NCBI GenBank assembly: GCA_050287605.1
Contig: JBNKCG010000018.1
Span: 43,291 to 107,290 of the forward strand
Length of the DNA: 64,000 nucleotides
From: Gammaproteobacteria bacterium
Lineage (GTDB): Bacteria > Pseudomonadota > Gammaproteobacteria > QQUJ01
Reading direction: 5' to 3'
Part shown: one piece after another, positions 54,768 to 64,000 of the stretch
Numbering within the stretch: the first letter of the stretch is position 1
How the letters are laid out: the number at the start of each line of letters is the position of its first letter
The notes under the pieces: model-generated
Told to the model about the DNA's origin: nothing
What the model saw: the letters and a program-made list of their open reading frames with translations, nothing else
Database searches by the model: none
Position numbers and translations under genes: made by a program

Positions 54768-55819
54768 GACCGCCCCTGCAGCTGCAGGCGTGTGTGCCAC
54801 GGTGTGGATCGGCGCCAGAAGCGGCGCACGGCGCCAGAAGTCAGCCGCCAGGCGTTGCCGTCGCCGCTGTGCAGTACAGCGCCGTCCAGACGCCGTTCGC
54901 GCAGCGCTTGTGCCAAAGGAGCGAACCAGTGTGCTTCCAGCCCGGCAAGCCACGCGGCCCACCCCTCGGGTTCGCCCGCCGTACGCGGGTTCTCCGCTGC
55001 CAGCCACACCAGGTGTCGTCCGGGACCGGGGGAGAGCGCCAACCAGTCCGCCAGGGAACCGGCGCTGCCGACGGCAGCGACCGCTCCCAGGCGGGCCAGC
55101 CCGCGCACCACCGGGGCGGATGCCGTCACACTGCGATAGGGCGCAGCCGGTATCGCCGGCGTGTGCCCCCAGCCCCAGGGCCAGACGCTGTTGATAGCGG
55201 GCTCTCCGCGCGTCTCGCGCGCCGCGTTGACGGGGTGCTCGAACAGCCGCATCTGTATCTCGTTGATCCGCGTGCGCCACGAACGACCCGCCGCGCCCGA
55301 GGGCATGGCATCGCGCACATCGCGGCCGACAACGTGCTCGGGCATCACCGTCTCCAACGCGGTCTCATCCCGCAGACGCAAGTACCAGCGTTCCGGATGC
55401 AGCACACGCAGCTCGCCGTAGTCGGTCAAACACTCCGCTACGGTTTGTGCCAGGGCGTGCGCTTCATCGCCGCTGAGTTGCACGTCGGGGGCGGTGAACA
55501 GCAGCAGCTGCGCCATATCCGGGCGCAAATGGACGGGATCGAGCCGCAGCCACAAACCGGGCTCCACGGATTCGGCGTCGCCGGCTTGCGCCAATGCCGC
55601 CCAGGGCGGCGGCATCTCACCGGGGACGAGATCGAAGAGGGTCAGCGCGCTCACCGACGTCGCCGTCGTCAACGGACTGGGGTGTCGCTGTGCCCGTGCC
55701 AGCAGCCGTGAAAGTTGCGGAGTCTCAGGCACCAGGCCGGCGCGTTCGAACCACTGCGGTGCCGCACCCGCCAGCCCCGGCGCGGCCAGAATGAGTTCGC
55801 AGGGGTTACCGCGCGTCAC
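54764..55819 (-). CDS. conserved hypothetical protein between thrC and recJ
   Basis: 351-aa ORF with no recognised motifs; its stop overlaps the recJ start (ATGA). Confidence 0.5.
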   Translation of the reverse strand: MTRGNPCELILAAPGLAGAAPQWFERAGLVPETPQLSRLLARAQRHPSPLTTATSVSALTLFDLVPGEMPPPWAALAQAGDAESVEPGLWLRLDPVHLRPDMAQLLLFTAPDVQLSGDEAHALAQTVAECLTDYGELRVLHPERWYLRLRDETALETVMPEHVVGRDVRDAMPSGAAGRSWRTRINEIQMRLFEHPVNAARETRGEPAINSVWPWGWGHTPAIPAAPYRSVTASAPVVRGLARLGAVAAVGSAGSLADWLALSPGPGRHLVWLAAENPRTAGEPEGWAAWLAGLEAHWFAPLAQALRERRLDGAVLHSGDGNAWRLTSGAVRRFWRRSTPWHTRLQLQGRS

Positions 55820-55867
55820 GAGGGATCAGTTCGCTCCCATCGACTGCGTGGGACAGAGTGCCCAGCG

Positions 55868-56947
55868 CTAAGCGAGGTGGCTGAGGATGGCATCCTTGAC
55901 CGCATTCATCTCGGCCTTGACCTTGCGCACCTGGTCGCCGCTCTGGCGGATGGCGGTGTCGGGGTCCTTGAGGCCGTGGCCCGTCAAGGTGCAAGCGATC
56001 TGACTGCCCTCGGGAATCTTGCCGCTCTGCACGTCGCGCAAGGCACCCGCCACCGAGATGGCCGAGGCGGGCTCGCAGAAGATGCCTTCGCGCTGCGCCA
56101 GCAGCTTCTGGGTGGCGAGGATCTCCTCGTCGCTGAACTCGTCGAACCAGCCGCCCGAGGTCTGCTGGGCGTTGACCGCCTTGTCCCAGCTCTGGGGATT
56201 GCCGATGCGGATGGCCGTGGCCACCGTCTCCGGATTTTCCACCGGATGGCCGCGCAGAAATGGCGCCGCCCCTGAGGCCTGGTAGCCGCACATCACCGGC
56301 CGGCGGTTGACCACGCCGTCGTCGAAGTACTCGCTGTAACCCATCCAGTAGGCGCTGATGTTGCCGGCGTTGCCCACCGGCAGGCAGTGGTAGTCGGGGG
56401 CGCGTCCCAGCTGCTCGATGATCTCGAAGGCGGCGGTCTTCTGCCCCTGCAGGCGGTAGGGGTTGATGGAGTTGACGATGGTCACCGGCGCTTCGGCGGC
56501 CACCTCTTTCACCAGACGCATGCCGTCGTCGAAGTTGCCCTCGATCTGCAGCACCAGTGCACCGTGCATCATCGCCTGGGCCAGCTTGCCCAATGCGATC
56601 TTGCCCTCGGGGATGAGCACGAAGGCGGTGATACCGGCGCGCGCCGCGTAGGCCGCTGCCGATGCTGAGGTGTTGCCGGTGGAGGCGCAGATGATGGCAC
56701 GGCTACCCTCCTCCACGGCGCGGGTCACGGCCATGGTCATGCCGCGATCTTTGAACGAGCCGGTGGGGTTGAGCCCCTCGTACTTGACGTAGATGTCCAC
56801 GTCGCGCCCGATGTCGCGCGGGATGTTGTGGAGCCGGATCAGCGGGGTGTCGCCCTCGTTGAGACTGATGATGCGCGTGTCGTCGCGCACCGGCAGGCGC
56901 TCGCGGTATTTGTCGATCAGGCCGAGGTAGCGGCGATTGGAGGGCAT
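55868..56947 (-). CDS. thrC: threonine synthase (short form)
   Basis: PLP-lysine motif [10 protein letters not shown]; ~359 aa short-form ThrC. Confidence 0.9.
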   Translation of the reverse strand: MPSNRRYLGLIDKYRERLPVRDDTRIISLNEGDTPLIRLHNIPRDIGRDVDIYVKYEGLNPTGSFKDRGMTMAVTRAVEEGSRAIICASTGNTSASAAAYAARAGITAFVLIPEGKIALGKLAQAMMHGALVLQIEGNFDDGMRLVKEVAAEAPVTIVNSINPYRLQGQKTAAFEIIEQLGRAPDYHCLPVGNAGNISAYWMGYSEYFDDGVVNRRPVMCGYQASGAAPFLRGHPVENPETVATAIRIGNPQSWDKAVNAQQTSGGWFDEFSDEEILATQKLLAQREGIFCEPASAISVAGALRDVQSGKIPEGSQIACTLTGHGLKDPDTAIRQSGDQVRKVKAEMNAVKDAILSHLA

Positions 56948-57067
56948 GTGCTGTCCTTCAGGCTCAGGTCAGGGTGTGAAAATACAGCCTCGCGCAAAGA
57001 GCGGATATTTCGGAGGCGCTGCGTTGCGTGCTCGGCGTCGTTGCGCGAGACCAGACTCAACAGATCG

Positions 57068-58375
57068 CTAAAAATGCTCCACACGGACGCGCGTCACCGG
57101 CGCGGTGATGCTGTCCAGTGCCTCGACGCGGCGCATCGCCTCGTTGACGGCGCGCTCCTTGACCTGGTGGGTGAGCAGGATCACCGGCACCGACGTGGCG
57201 CCATCCTCGGGCTCCTTCTGCAGGATCGCCTCGATGCTGATCTCCTGCTCGGCGAGGATACGCGTGACGTCGGCCAGCACCCCCGGTTTGTCCAGCGCCT
57301 GCAATCGCAGGTAGTAAGCGCACTGAACCTCGTCCATGGAGAGTATCTCCAGGTCCTGCAGCGCGTCGGGCTGGAAAGCAAGATGCGGTACGCGGTTTTC
57401 CGGATCGGTGGTCAACGCACGCACCACGTCCACCAGATCGGCCACCACCGCCGAAGCGGTGGGCTGGGCGCCGGCGCCGGCACCGTAGTAGAGCGTCGAC
57501 CCCACCGCATCGCCCTCCACCAGCACCGCGTTCATCACCCCGTCCACGTTGGCGATGAGACGCCGCTCGGGGATTAGCGTCGGGTGCACGCGCAGCTCCA
57601 CACCGCCGTTGTTGCGACGGGCGATACCCAGGTGTTTGATGCGGTAGCCCAGCTCTTCGGCGTAGCCCACGTCGCCCTGGGTCAGTTTGCTGATCCCCTC
57701 GGTGTAGACCTTGTCGAACTGCAGCGGTATGCCGAAGGCGATGGAGGCCAGGATGGTGAGCTTGTGCGCGGCGTCGATACCCTCCACGTCGAAGGTGGGA
57801 TCGGCCTCGGCGTAGCCCAGCGCCTGCGCTTCGGCGAGCACGTCGCCGAACTCGCGTCCCTGATCGCGCATGGCGGTGAGGATGAAGTTACCGGTGCCGT
57901 TGATGATGCCGGCCACGCCCAGGATCTCGTTGCCCGCCAACCCCTCGCGGATCGCTTTGATGATGGGGATGCCACCGGCCACGGCCGCCTCGAAGGCTAC
58001 CACCACGCCTTTTTTCTGGGCCGCGGCGAAGATCTCGTTGCCGTGCAGCGCGATCAGCGCCTTGTTGGCGGTGACCACGTGCTTGCCGTTGGCGATGGCG
58101 CGCAGCACCAACTCCTTGGCGGGATCGTAGCCGCCGATGAGCTCCACGATCAGGTCCAGATCCGGATTGTCCACCACCTCGAAGGGATCGGTGGTGAGAC
58201 GCACGTTGGGATTTTCCTGGAACCGGCTGCCCTCGATCTCGCGCGCCGCCGCATGAGCGATGACGATGCCGCGCCCGGCGCGACGGGTGATCTCCGCGGC
58301 ATTGCGCTGCAAGACGTCGTAGGTGCCGCCGCCGACCGTCCCCAGGCCCAACAGGCCGATTTTGACGGGATTCAC
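57068..58375 (-). CDS. hom: homoserine dehydrogenase with C-terminal ACT domain
   Basis: [15 protein letters not shown] motif; C-terminal ACT domain. Confidence 0.9.
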   Translation of the reverse strand: MNPVKIGLLGLGTVGGGTYDVLQRNAAEITRRAGRGIVIAHAAAREIEGSRFQENPNVRLTTDPFEVVDNPDLDLIVELIGGYDPAKELVLRAIANGKHVVTANKALIALHGNEIFAAAQKKGVVVAFEAAVAGGIPIIKAIREGLAGNEILGVAGIINGTGNFILTAMRDQGREFGDVLAEAQALGYAEADPTFDVEGIDAAHKLTILASIAFGIPLQFDKVYTEGISKLTQGDVGYAEELGYRIKHLGIARRNNGGVELRVHPTLIPERRLIANVDGVMNAVLVEGDAVGSTLYYGAGAGAQPTASAVVADLVDVVRALTTDPENRVPHLAFQPDALQDLEILSMDEVQCAYYLRLQALDKPGVLADVTRILAEQEISIEAILQKEPEDGATSVPVILLTHQVKERAVNEAMRRVEALDSITAPVTRVRVEHF

Positions 58376-59676
58376 TGGGCACCCCCGCCGACCGCAGCGG
58401 CCACCAATCCGTCTTTGCGCAACATGTCGCGCAGCCCGCGAATCGCCTGGCGGGTACGGTGTTCGTTTTCGATCAGCGCGAAGCGCACGTGATCATCGCC
58501 GTAGTCGCCGAACCCGATGCCGGGGGAGACCGCCACTTTGGCGTCGCGCAGCGCCTTTTTGGCAAACTCCAGCGAGCCCATCTCGCGGTACGGTTCGGGA
58601 ATGGGCGCCCAAACAAACATGGTCGCCTTGGGTTTCTCCAGCGCCCAGCCCGCGGCGTTGAGGCCATCGCACAGCACATCGCGGCGGCTCTGATACCGGT
58701 TTCGTATCTCCTCGACGCAATCCTGCGGACCGTCCAGAGCCAGAATGGAGGCGACCTGGATGGGCGTAAACATGCCGTAATCCAAATAGGACTTCATGCG
58801 CGCCAGGGCGGCGATCAGGGTGGCGTTGCCGCACATGAAGCCGACGCGCCAACCGGGCATGTTGTAGCTCTTGGAGAGCGAAAAGAACTCCACGGCCACG
58901 TCGCGCGCGCCCGGCACCTGCAGGATCGAGGGGGCGACATAGCCGTCGAAAACGATGTCGGCGTAGGCCAGATCGTGCACCACCCAGATCTTGTGCTCGC
59001 GGGCGATTTCCACCACCTTCTCGAAGAAATCGAGCTCCACGCACTGAGCAGTGGGATTGCCGGGGAAGTTGAGCACCAACATCTTGGGCTTGGGCCACGA
59101 GTCCTTGATCGCCTTCTCCAGTTCGGCAAAGAAATCGATGTCCGGCACCAGCGGCACGTGGCGGATGTCCGCCCCCGAGATGACGAATCCATAGGGATGG
59201 ATGGGGTAGGCCGGATTGGGCACCAGCACCGCATCGCCCGGCCCCATGGTGGCCAGCGCCAGGTGCGCGAGCCCCTCCTTGGAGCCGATGGTAACGATGG
59301 CCTCGCGTTCCGGGTCGAGATCGACGTTGAAGCGCCGCCCGTACCAGTTAGCGATGGCGCGGCGCAGGCGCGGAATACCCTTGGACTGCGAATAGCGATG
59401 GGTGTCGTTGCGACGGGCAGCCTCCACCAGCTTGTCGACGATGTGGGCAGGTGTAGGCTGATCGGGATTCCCCATCCCAAAATCGATAATGTCCTCGCCC
59501 CGCGTACGGGCGGCGGCCTTCAACTCGTTGACGATGTTGAAGACATAGGGCGGAAGCCGCTTAATTCTGGGAAATTCGTCGATCAAGTGCTGAGATCCCT
59601 GCGCAGAGCCCCCATTGGAATCGGGGCGGATAAAAACGTAGTACGTTACTGGCGCCGGCTCGTGGCTGTCAATCAT
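58372..59676 (-). CDS. PLP-dependent aminotransferase (AlaC-like, class I)
   Basis: [14 protein letters not shown]...GMGNPD...NPTAQ...[14 protein letters not shown] motifs; start uncertain (ATG 59676, or TTG ~59598 preceded by AGGGA). Confidence 0.85.
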   Translation of the reverse strand: MIDSHEPAPVTYYVFIRPDSNGGSAQGSQHLIDEFPRIKRLPPYVFNIVNELKAAARTRGEDIIDFGMGNPDQPTPAHIVDKLVEAARRNDTHRYSQSKGIPRLRRAIANWYGRRFNVDLDPEREAIVTIGSKEGLAHLALATMGPGDAVLVPNPAYPIHPYGFVISGADIRHVPLVPDIDFFAELEKAIKDSWPKPKMLVLNFPGNPTAQCVELDFFEKVVEIAREHKIWVVHDLAYADIVFDGYVAPSILQVPGARDVAVEFFSLSKSYNMPGWRVGFMCGNATLIAALARMKSYLDYGMFTPIQVASILALDGPQDCVEEIRNRYQSRRDVLCDGLNAAGWALEKPKATMFVWAPIPEPYREMGSLEFAKKALRDAKVAVSPGIGFGDYGDDHVRFALIENEHRTRQAIRGLRDMLRKDGLVAAAVGGGAQ

Positions 59677-59768
59677 CCGCCTACCGTCTAAAATCAACCT
59701 TCGGTACGCGGACCGCTCCACCCCGGCACACAAGGTCCGATTCACCCTGTTTGACCAAGGTACACCGA

Positions 59769-60188
59769 ATGAAGATCACCCTTGAAGGCGCTGCCGACCT
59801 GCACTACATCCGCGCCTACCGCCCCGGCGAGATCGTCGTCAACGATCAGGTCTACCACCGCAGCCTGGTGGTCGGCGGCCACGCTCTCGATCCCGACTGG
59901 GCGCCGCAGTGTATCGACCAGCTCAAGATCGAGCACCTGGAGCCGATCCTGGCTTTACAACCGGAGGTGGTGCTGCTGGGGACCGGGGCCAGGCTGATCT
60001 TCCCCGCCCCCCCGCTCACCGCTCGCTTCGCGCGCCAGGGCATCGGCGTCGAAATCATGGATACCGGTGCGGCGTGCCGTACCTACAATGTACTGATCGC
60101 CGAGGGGCGCGCCGTGGTGGCCGCCCTGATCGTGGAGCCGTCAGCGGAATCCGGCGAGAGTGAACCGGGTTTGCCGAAGACCCGCTGA
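59769..60188 (+). CDS. Mth938-like/DUF498 domain protein upstream of dksA
   Basis: ~140-aa conserved small protein. Confidence 0.5.
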   Translation: MKITLEGAADLHYIRAYRPGEIVVNDQVYHRSLVVGGHALDPDWAPQCIDQLKIEHLEPILALQPEVVLLGTGARLIFPAPPLTARFARQGIGVEIMDTGAACRTYNVLIAEGRAVVAALIVEPSAESGESEPGLPKTR

Positions 60189-60231
60189 TCTGGTATAGAA
60201 TCCGCTTTTTTGTTGGGCAGGAGTGTCCCCA

Positions 60232-60687
60232 ATGGCCGCAAAGAAACCGACCGCCTCCAACGCCGATTCGCACGGCGGAGTCATCAAAGACTTCACGCCG
60301 TACACGCCGAAGAAGGGCGAGGAGTACATGAACGAGAGTCAGCAGGAGCATTTCCGCCAGATGTTACTGGCCTGGAAACGCGAGCTGATGGAAGAGGTCG
60401 ACCGCACCGTGCACCACATGAAAGACGAGGCGGCCAACTTCCCCGATCCCAACGACCGCGCCACCCAGGAGTCGGAATTCAGCCTGGAGCTGCGCACCCG
60501 CGACCGCGAGCGCAAGCTGATCAAGAAGATCGACGAGTCGCTGGCGGCCATCGACAGCAGCGACTACGGCTATTGCGAGTCCTGCGGCGTCGAGATCGGC
60601 ATCCGCCGCCTGGAGGCGCGCCCCACGGCGACGCTCTGCATCGACTGCAAAACCCTCGACGAGATCCGCGAAAAACAGATGGGCTGA
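60232..60687 (+). CDS. dksA: RNA polymerase-binding transcription factor DksA
   Basis: Coiled-coil with acidic tip and C-terminal C4 zinc finger ([25 protein letters not shown]). Confidence 0.9.
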   Translation: MAAKKPTASNADSHGGVIKDFTPYTPKKGEEYMNESQQEHFRQMLLAWKRELMEEVDRTVHHMKDEAANFPDPNDRATQESEFSLELRTRDRERKLIKKIDESLAAIDSSDYGYCESCGVEIGIRRLEARPTATLCIDCKTLDEIREKQMG

Positions 60688-60692
60688 CTGTG

Positions 60693-60727
60693 CGGGCGTG
60701 CCTGGCGCGCCCGCCGCTGTCTTTTTC
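60693..60727 (+). terminator. candidate intrinsic terminator/attenuator between dksA and gluQ
   Basis: GCGGGCG-tgcctggcg-CGCCCGC stem-loop followed by cgctgTCTTTTT. Confidence 0.45.
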
Positions 60728-60776
60728 GCATCACGGCAGGGGCCCTCGCGCCTGACCGTCCCGCCCAAGCCGCACC

Positions 60777-61685
60777 GTGACACCCCAAATCAGCTATCGT
60801 GGCCGATTCGCCCCCTCGCCCACGGGGCCGCTGCATTTCGGCTCGCTGGTGGCGGCATTAGGCAGCTACCTGCAGGCCCGCCATCATCACGGCGAGTGGC
60901 TGGTGCGCATCGAGGACATCGATCCCCCGCGCCAGGTTGCCGGTGCCGCGGACGACATCCTGCGTACGCTGGAACGGCTGGGACTGGAGTGGGACGGCCC
61001 GGTGACCTATCAAAGTACGCGTCTGGCGCGCTACCAGGCGGCCCTGGAGCGCCTCGCCGCGCTTGACGCGCTCTACCCTTGCCATTGCAGCCGTCGCGCC
61101 ATCGCCGCCCACGGGCGGCCGGGTAGCGACGGCTGGATCTATCCCGGCACCTGCCGCAACCGGCCGCGCAACCGGAAAGGCGCAAGCGCACTGCGGGTGC
61201 GCACTCACAACGAGCCGATCGAGTTCGAGGACGGCATCCAGGGGGTGCAGCGGCAGCGTCTCGAAGCGAGCAACGGCGACTTCGTGGTGCAGCGGGCCGA
61301 CGGCCTGATCGCCTACCAGCTGGCCGTGGTGGTGGACGACGCCGAGCAGGGTATCAGCGAGGTGGTGCGCGGCAGCGACCTGCTCAACTCCACCGCCAAG
61401 CAGATCCACCTGCAGCGGCTGTTGGGGTACGTGACGCCCGGCTACCTCCACCTGCCGGTAGCAAACAATGCGCGCGGCGAGAAGCTCAGCAAACAGACCG
61501 GCGCGGCGCCGCTGTTGCCCGGGTCCGAAACCCCGGCGCTGATCGCCGCACTGGCGTTCCTGGGTCAGGCGGTGGATACCGAGTGGCACCACGCCCGGCC
61601 CGACGAGATTCTGAAGTGGGCGGTCCCGCGCTGGGAGGTGGCGGCGATCCCGAATCGCCTAGGGGCGGTGTGGCCCCCACCCTAG
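60777..61685 (+). CDS. gluQ: glutamyl-Q tRNA(Asp) synthetase
   Basis: GRFAPSPTGPLHFGS class I HIGH-like motif; truncated GluRS catalytic domain; dksA-gluQ order as in E. coli. Confidence 0.85.
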   Translation: MTPQISYRGRFAPSPTGPLHFGSLVAALGSYLQARHHHGEWLVRIEDIDPPRQVAGAADDILRTLERLGLEWDGPVTYQSTRLARYQAALERLAALDALYPCHCSRRAIAAHGRPGSDGWIYPGTCRNRPRNRKGASALRVRTHNEPIEFEDGIQGVQRQRLEASNGDFVVQRADGLIAYQLAVVVDDAEQGISEVVRGSDLLNSTAKQIHLQRLLGYVTPGYLHLPVANNARGEKLSKQTGAAPLLPGSETPALIAALAFLGQAVDTEWHHARPDEILKWAVPRWEVAAIPNRLGAVWPPP

Positions 61686-61691
61686 CGCACC

Positions 61692-61710
61692 CTGTTACTA
61701 TTTGTAACAG
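61692..61710. repeat. perfect 19-bp palindrome CTGTTAC-tattt-GTAACAG in the gluQ / small-ORF intergenic region
   Basis: Read directly from the sequence; 7-bp arms, 5-bp AT-rich centre. Confidence 0.7.
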
Positions 61711-61750
61711 ATTCTGATAGGCTTGGCCGATTCTCGAGACGGCCTGCCCT

Positions 61751-61951
61751 ATGACATCCAAACCCGAACCCGGAAAACCCCTCACCAGCTTGGTGCTGGT
61801 TTTTCTGTTCGGGCTCATGATGTACGCCACGCCGTTTCTGACCTGGTGGGCCGTGGAAGACAGCCCCTGGTATCTGCCTTACCTGATCTGGCTGATCATC
61901 ATCGCCCTGGTGGCCTTCGCCCAGGTGCGTCGGGGACATCATGAACTTTGA
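61751..61951 (+). CDS. small two-TM membrane peptide (DUF4212/CbrX-like) preceding the SLC5-sensor kinase
   Basis: 66 aa, hydrophobic; overlaps the downstream gene start by 11 nt. Confidence 0.55.
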   Translation: MTSKPEPGKPLTSLVLVFLFGLMMYATPFLTWWAVEDSPWYLPYLIWLIIIALVAFAQVRRGHHEL

Positions 61952-64000
61952 CATCGGCCAGCTGTTCCTGGCCGTTGTCGCCTATCTGGCCCTGCTGTTT
62001 CTCATCGCCTATGCGGTAGATCGCGGCTGGATTCCGAGCAGTGTCGCGCGGCACCCGCTGACCTACGTCCTCTCCCTGGGGGTTTACGCGACATCGTGGT
62101 CGTATTACGGCAGCGTCGGGTTCGCCCAGACACAGGGATACAACTTCCTCACCATCTACCTGGGCGTCACCCTCGCCTTTGTCCTGACGCCTTTTCTTCT
62201 GCAGCCTATTCTGCGCCTGACGCGCGACTACCAGCTCAGCTCACTGGCCGACCTGTTTGCGTTCCGTTTCCGCAGCCAGGGCGCGGGAGTCCTGGTCACC
62301 ATGTTCATGCTGGCCGGCGCCCTGCCCTACATCGCTTTGCAGATTCGCGCCGTGACCGAATCGCTGCGCATCCTGACCCAGGAGACCGACACCGGCGAGC
62401 TGGCACTCGGCTTCTGTTTCACCCTGACGGTGTTCGCCATCCTGTTCGGCGCCCGCCACATCTCGCCGCGCGACAAACACGAGGGGCTGGTGGTGGCCAT
62501 CGCCTTCGAGTCGCTGGTCAAGCTGGTGACCCTGATGATGGTCGGCGTGTTCGCGGTTTTCGGGGTATTCGGCGGTTTCGGCAACCTCAACCAGTGGCTG
62601 GTGGATCACCCCGAGGCGCTAACGGCCTTGTACGAACCGGTCAAGGACGGTCCGTGGTCCACCTTCATGGTGCTCTCCTTCGCCGCTGCCTTCCTGTTGC
62701 CGCGTCAGTTCCACATGACCTTCGCGGAGAATATCGACGAACGCACGCTGCCCATCGCCAGCTGGGGATTTCCCCTCTACCTGCTGCTGCTGAACCTGTC
62801 GATCCCCGTCATCCTGTGGGCCGGCACCAGCCTGAGCAACTCCAGCGAGGCCGATTACTTCGTGCTCAGCATCACGTTGAGCGGCGGCAACTCCCTGCTG
62901 CCGACGCTGGCCTTCCTGGGCGGCGTCAGCGCCGCCAGCGCGATGATGATCGTCACCACCCTTGCCCTGGCAGCCATGTGCCTCAACCACCTGTTGTTGC
63001 CGGCCAGCTACCCCGACCCCCAGCTGGACATCTACCGCTGGCTGCTGTGGGGCCGACGCATCCTGATCGCGGTGATCGTGTTCACCGGCTACTTCTTCTC
63101 GCTGCTGCTGGAAAGGCACCAGGGCCTGGTACAGCTCGGGCTGATCTCTTTCGTGGCGGTGGCCCAGTTCCTGCCCGGCATCATCGGCCTGCTCTACTGG
63201 CCGCGCGCCACCGCCTGGGGCTTCATCGCGGGCCTGCTGGGAGGCGGCGCGGTGTGGGCCATGACGCTGCTCTTTCCGCTGCTCAAGACCAGCGGTTTCC
63301 TCACCTACGACTTCGACGTCGAGACCCTGATGCAGGCCACCGGACAGGACAAGTGGACCTTCTCCACCTTCTGGTCGCTGCTCATCAACGGGGTGATCTT
63401 CTTTGGCGTCTCGCTGCTGACCCGCCAATCGCGCGAGGAGCAGGATGCCGCCAACGCCTGCTGCCGCCACATCCTGGTCCCTGCCAGCGGCGCGCTCACG
63501 GCGTTTTCGCCGGATCAATACCGCGAGCAACTGGCGCGCTACATGGGCGAAGTAGCCGCCAACAAAGAGGTCACCCAGGCGTTGCGCGATCTGACCATGG
63601 GCAACCAGGAGCGCCGCCCCGCTCAACTGCGCCGGCTGCGCGATCAGATCGAGCGCAACCTCTCAGGCCTGGTCGGACCGCAGATGGCGCGCATGTTCGT
63701 GGACAACCCCATCAAGATGAGCAGCCGCGCCCAGAGCGCGCTGGCCGACGGCATGCGCTTCATCGAAGAGCGCGTCGAAGAGTCGCGCATCGAACTCCAG
63801 GGCCTGGCCGCCGAGCTGGACGCGCTGCGCCGCTACCACCGCCAGATCCTGCAGGACCTGCCGCTGGGCGTCTGCTCGCTGGGACCGAACCAGGAGATCG
63901 TGGTCTGGAACCTGGCCATGGAGCTGCTCTCGGGTATCGAGCGCAACGAGGTGCTGGCCACGCCCATCCAGGAGTTGCCGGCACCGTGGGGACAGCTGTT
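61941..64000 (+). CDS. sodium:solute-symporter (SLC5) domain fused to a sensor histidine kinase (CbrA/CrbS-like); 3' end truncated by the window edge
   Basis: MNFDIGQLFLAVVAYLALLF... with ~13 TM helices, then a coiled-coil/PAS-like region running off the window; not in the ORF track because there is no stop. Confidence 0.7.
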   Translation, partial: MNFDIGQLFLAVVAYLALLFLIAYAVDRGWIPSSVARHPLTYVLSLGVYATSWSYYGSVGFAQTQGYNFLTIYLGVTLAFVLTPFLLQPILRLTRDYQLSSLADLFAFRFRSQGAGVLVTMFMLAGALPYIALQIRAVTESLRILTQETDTGELALGFCFTLTVFAILFGARHISPRDKHEGLVVAIAFESLVKLVTLMMVGVFAVFGVFGGFGNLNQWLVDHPEALTALYEPVKDGPWSTFMVLSFAAAFLLPRQFHMTFAENIDERTLPIASWGFPLYLLLLNLSIPVILWAGTSLSNSSEADYFVLSITLSGGNSLLPTLAFLGGVSAASAMMIVTTLALAAMCLNHLLLPASYPDPQLDIYRWLLWGRRILIAVIVFTGYFFSLLLERHQGLVQLGLISFVAVAQFLPGIIGLLYWPRATAWGFIAGLLGGGAVWAMTLLFPLLKTSGFLTYDFDVETLMQATGQDKWTFSTFWSLLINGVIFFGVSLLTRQSREEQDAANACCRHILVPASGALTAFSPDQYREQLARYMGEVAANKEVTQALRDLTMGNQERRPAQLRRLRDQIERNLSGLVGPQMARMFVDNPIKMSSRAQSALADGMRFIEERVEESRIELQGLAAELDALRRYHRQILQDLPLGVCSLGPNQEIVVWNLAMELLSGIERNEVLATPIQELPAPWGQL

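Noticed and set aside
53043-55139. 698-aa plus-strand ORF (with similar very long antisense ORFs at 15764-17365, 43943-45499, 45816-47267, 2399-3274, 6267-7469, 7574-8461, 62619-63626)
   Set aside because: Each lies entirely antisense to a gene with strong homology-like motifs (recJ, ftsK, sdhB/ygfX, sdhA, the HD-GYP gene, the kinase, PilT, the symporter). Their products are Arg/Ala/Gly/Pro-rich low-complexity translations typical of stop-codon-poor high-GC DNA. No motifs support them.

Overview
This is a high-GC gammaproteobacterial chromosomal window with Pseudomonas-like gene order. Housekeeping loci I can support are cysG, serS, crcB, rarA, lolA, ftsK, trxB, rlmD, cysM, acpS-pdxJ-recO-era-rnc-lepB-lepA, the envelope-stress locus mucD/degP-rseCBA-rpoE divergent from nadB, sdhCDAB-sdhE-ygfX divergent from ygfZ, lysS-prfB (with the RF2 +1 frameshift), recJ, thrC-hom-aminotransferase and dksA-gluQ. 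I found no rRNA, tRNA, CRISPR, transposase or integrase. The most unusual region is the first ~10.5 kb, a dense signal-transduction cluster: a GAF-sensor kinase with a NarL-type regulator and a rhodanese; a divergent FHA-GAF-HD-GYP c-di-GMP phosphodiesterase; then an apparent operon of a small hypothetical protein, a HEAT-repeat Ser/Thr kinase, and two overlapping (translationally coupled) PilT-family ATPases; followed by a further FHA protein. I propose this as an uncharacterised phospho-Ser/Thr to c-di-GMP to PilT-ATPase module. A second notable feature is a ~12-18 kb block (about 23.5-41.4 kb) whose GC content and codon usage, judged by eye, fall to about 50% against about 65-68% in the flanks. 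It includes a TonB-dependent receptor, a periplasmic binding protein and a 1218-aa hybrid histidine kinase, but also essential genes (acpS through lepA, rpoE), with composition breakpoints inside lepA and rseA. The 3' end carries a CbrA/CrbS-like SLC5-transporter sensor kinase preceded by a small membrane peptide and a perfect 19-bp palindrome. Many long ORFs antisense to real genes in the ORF track are high-GC artefacts.
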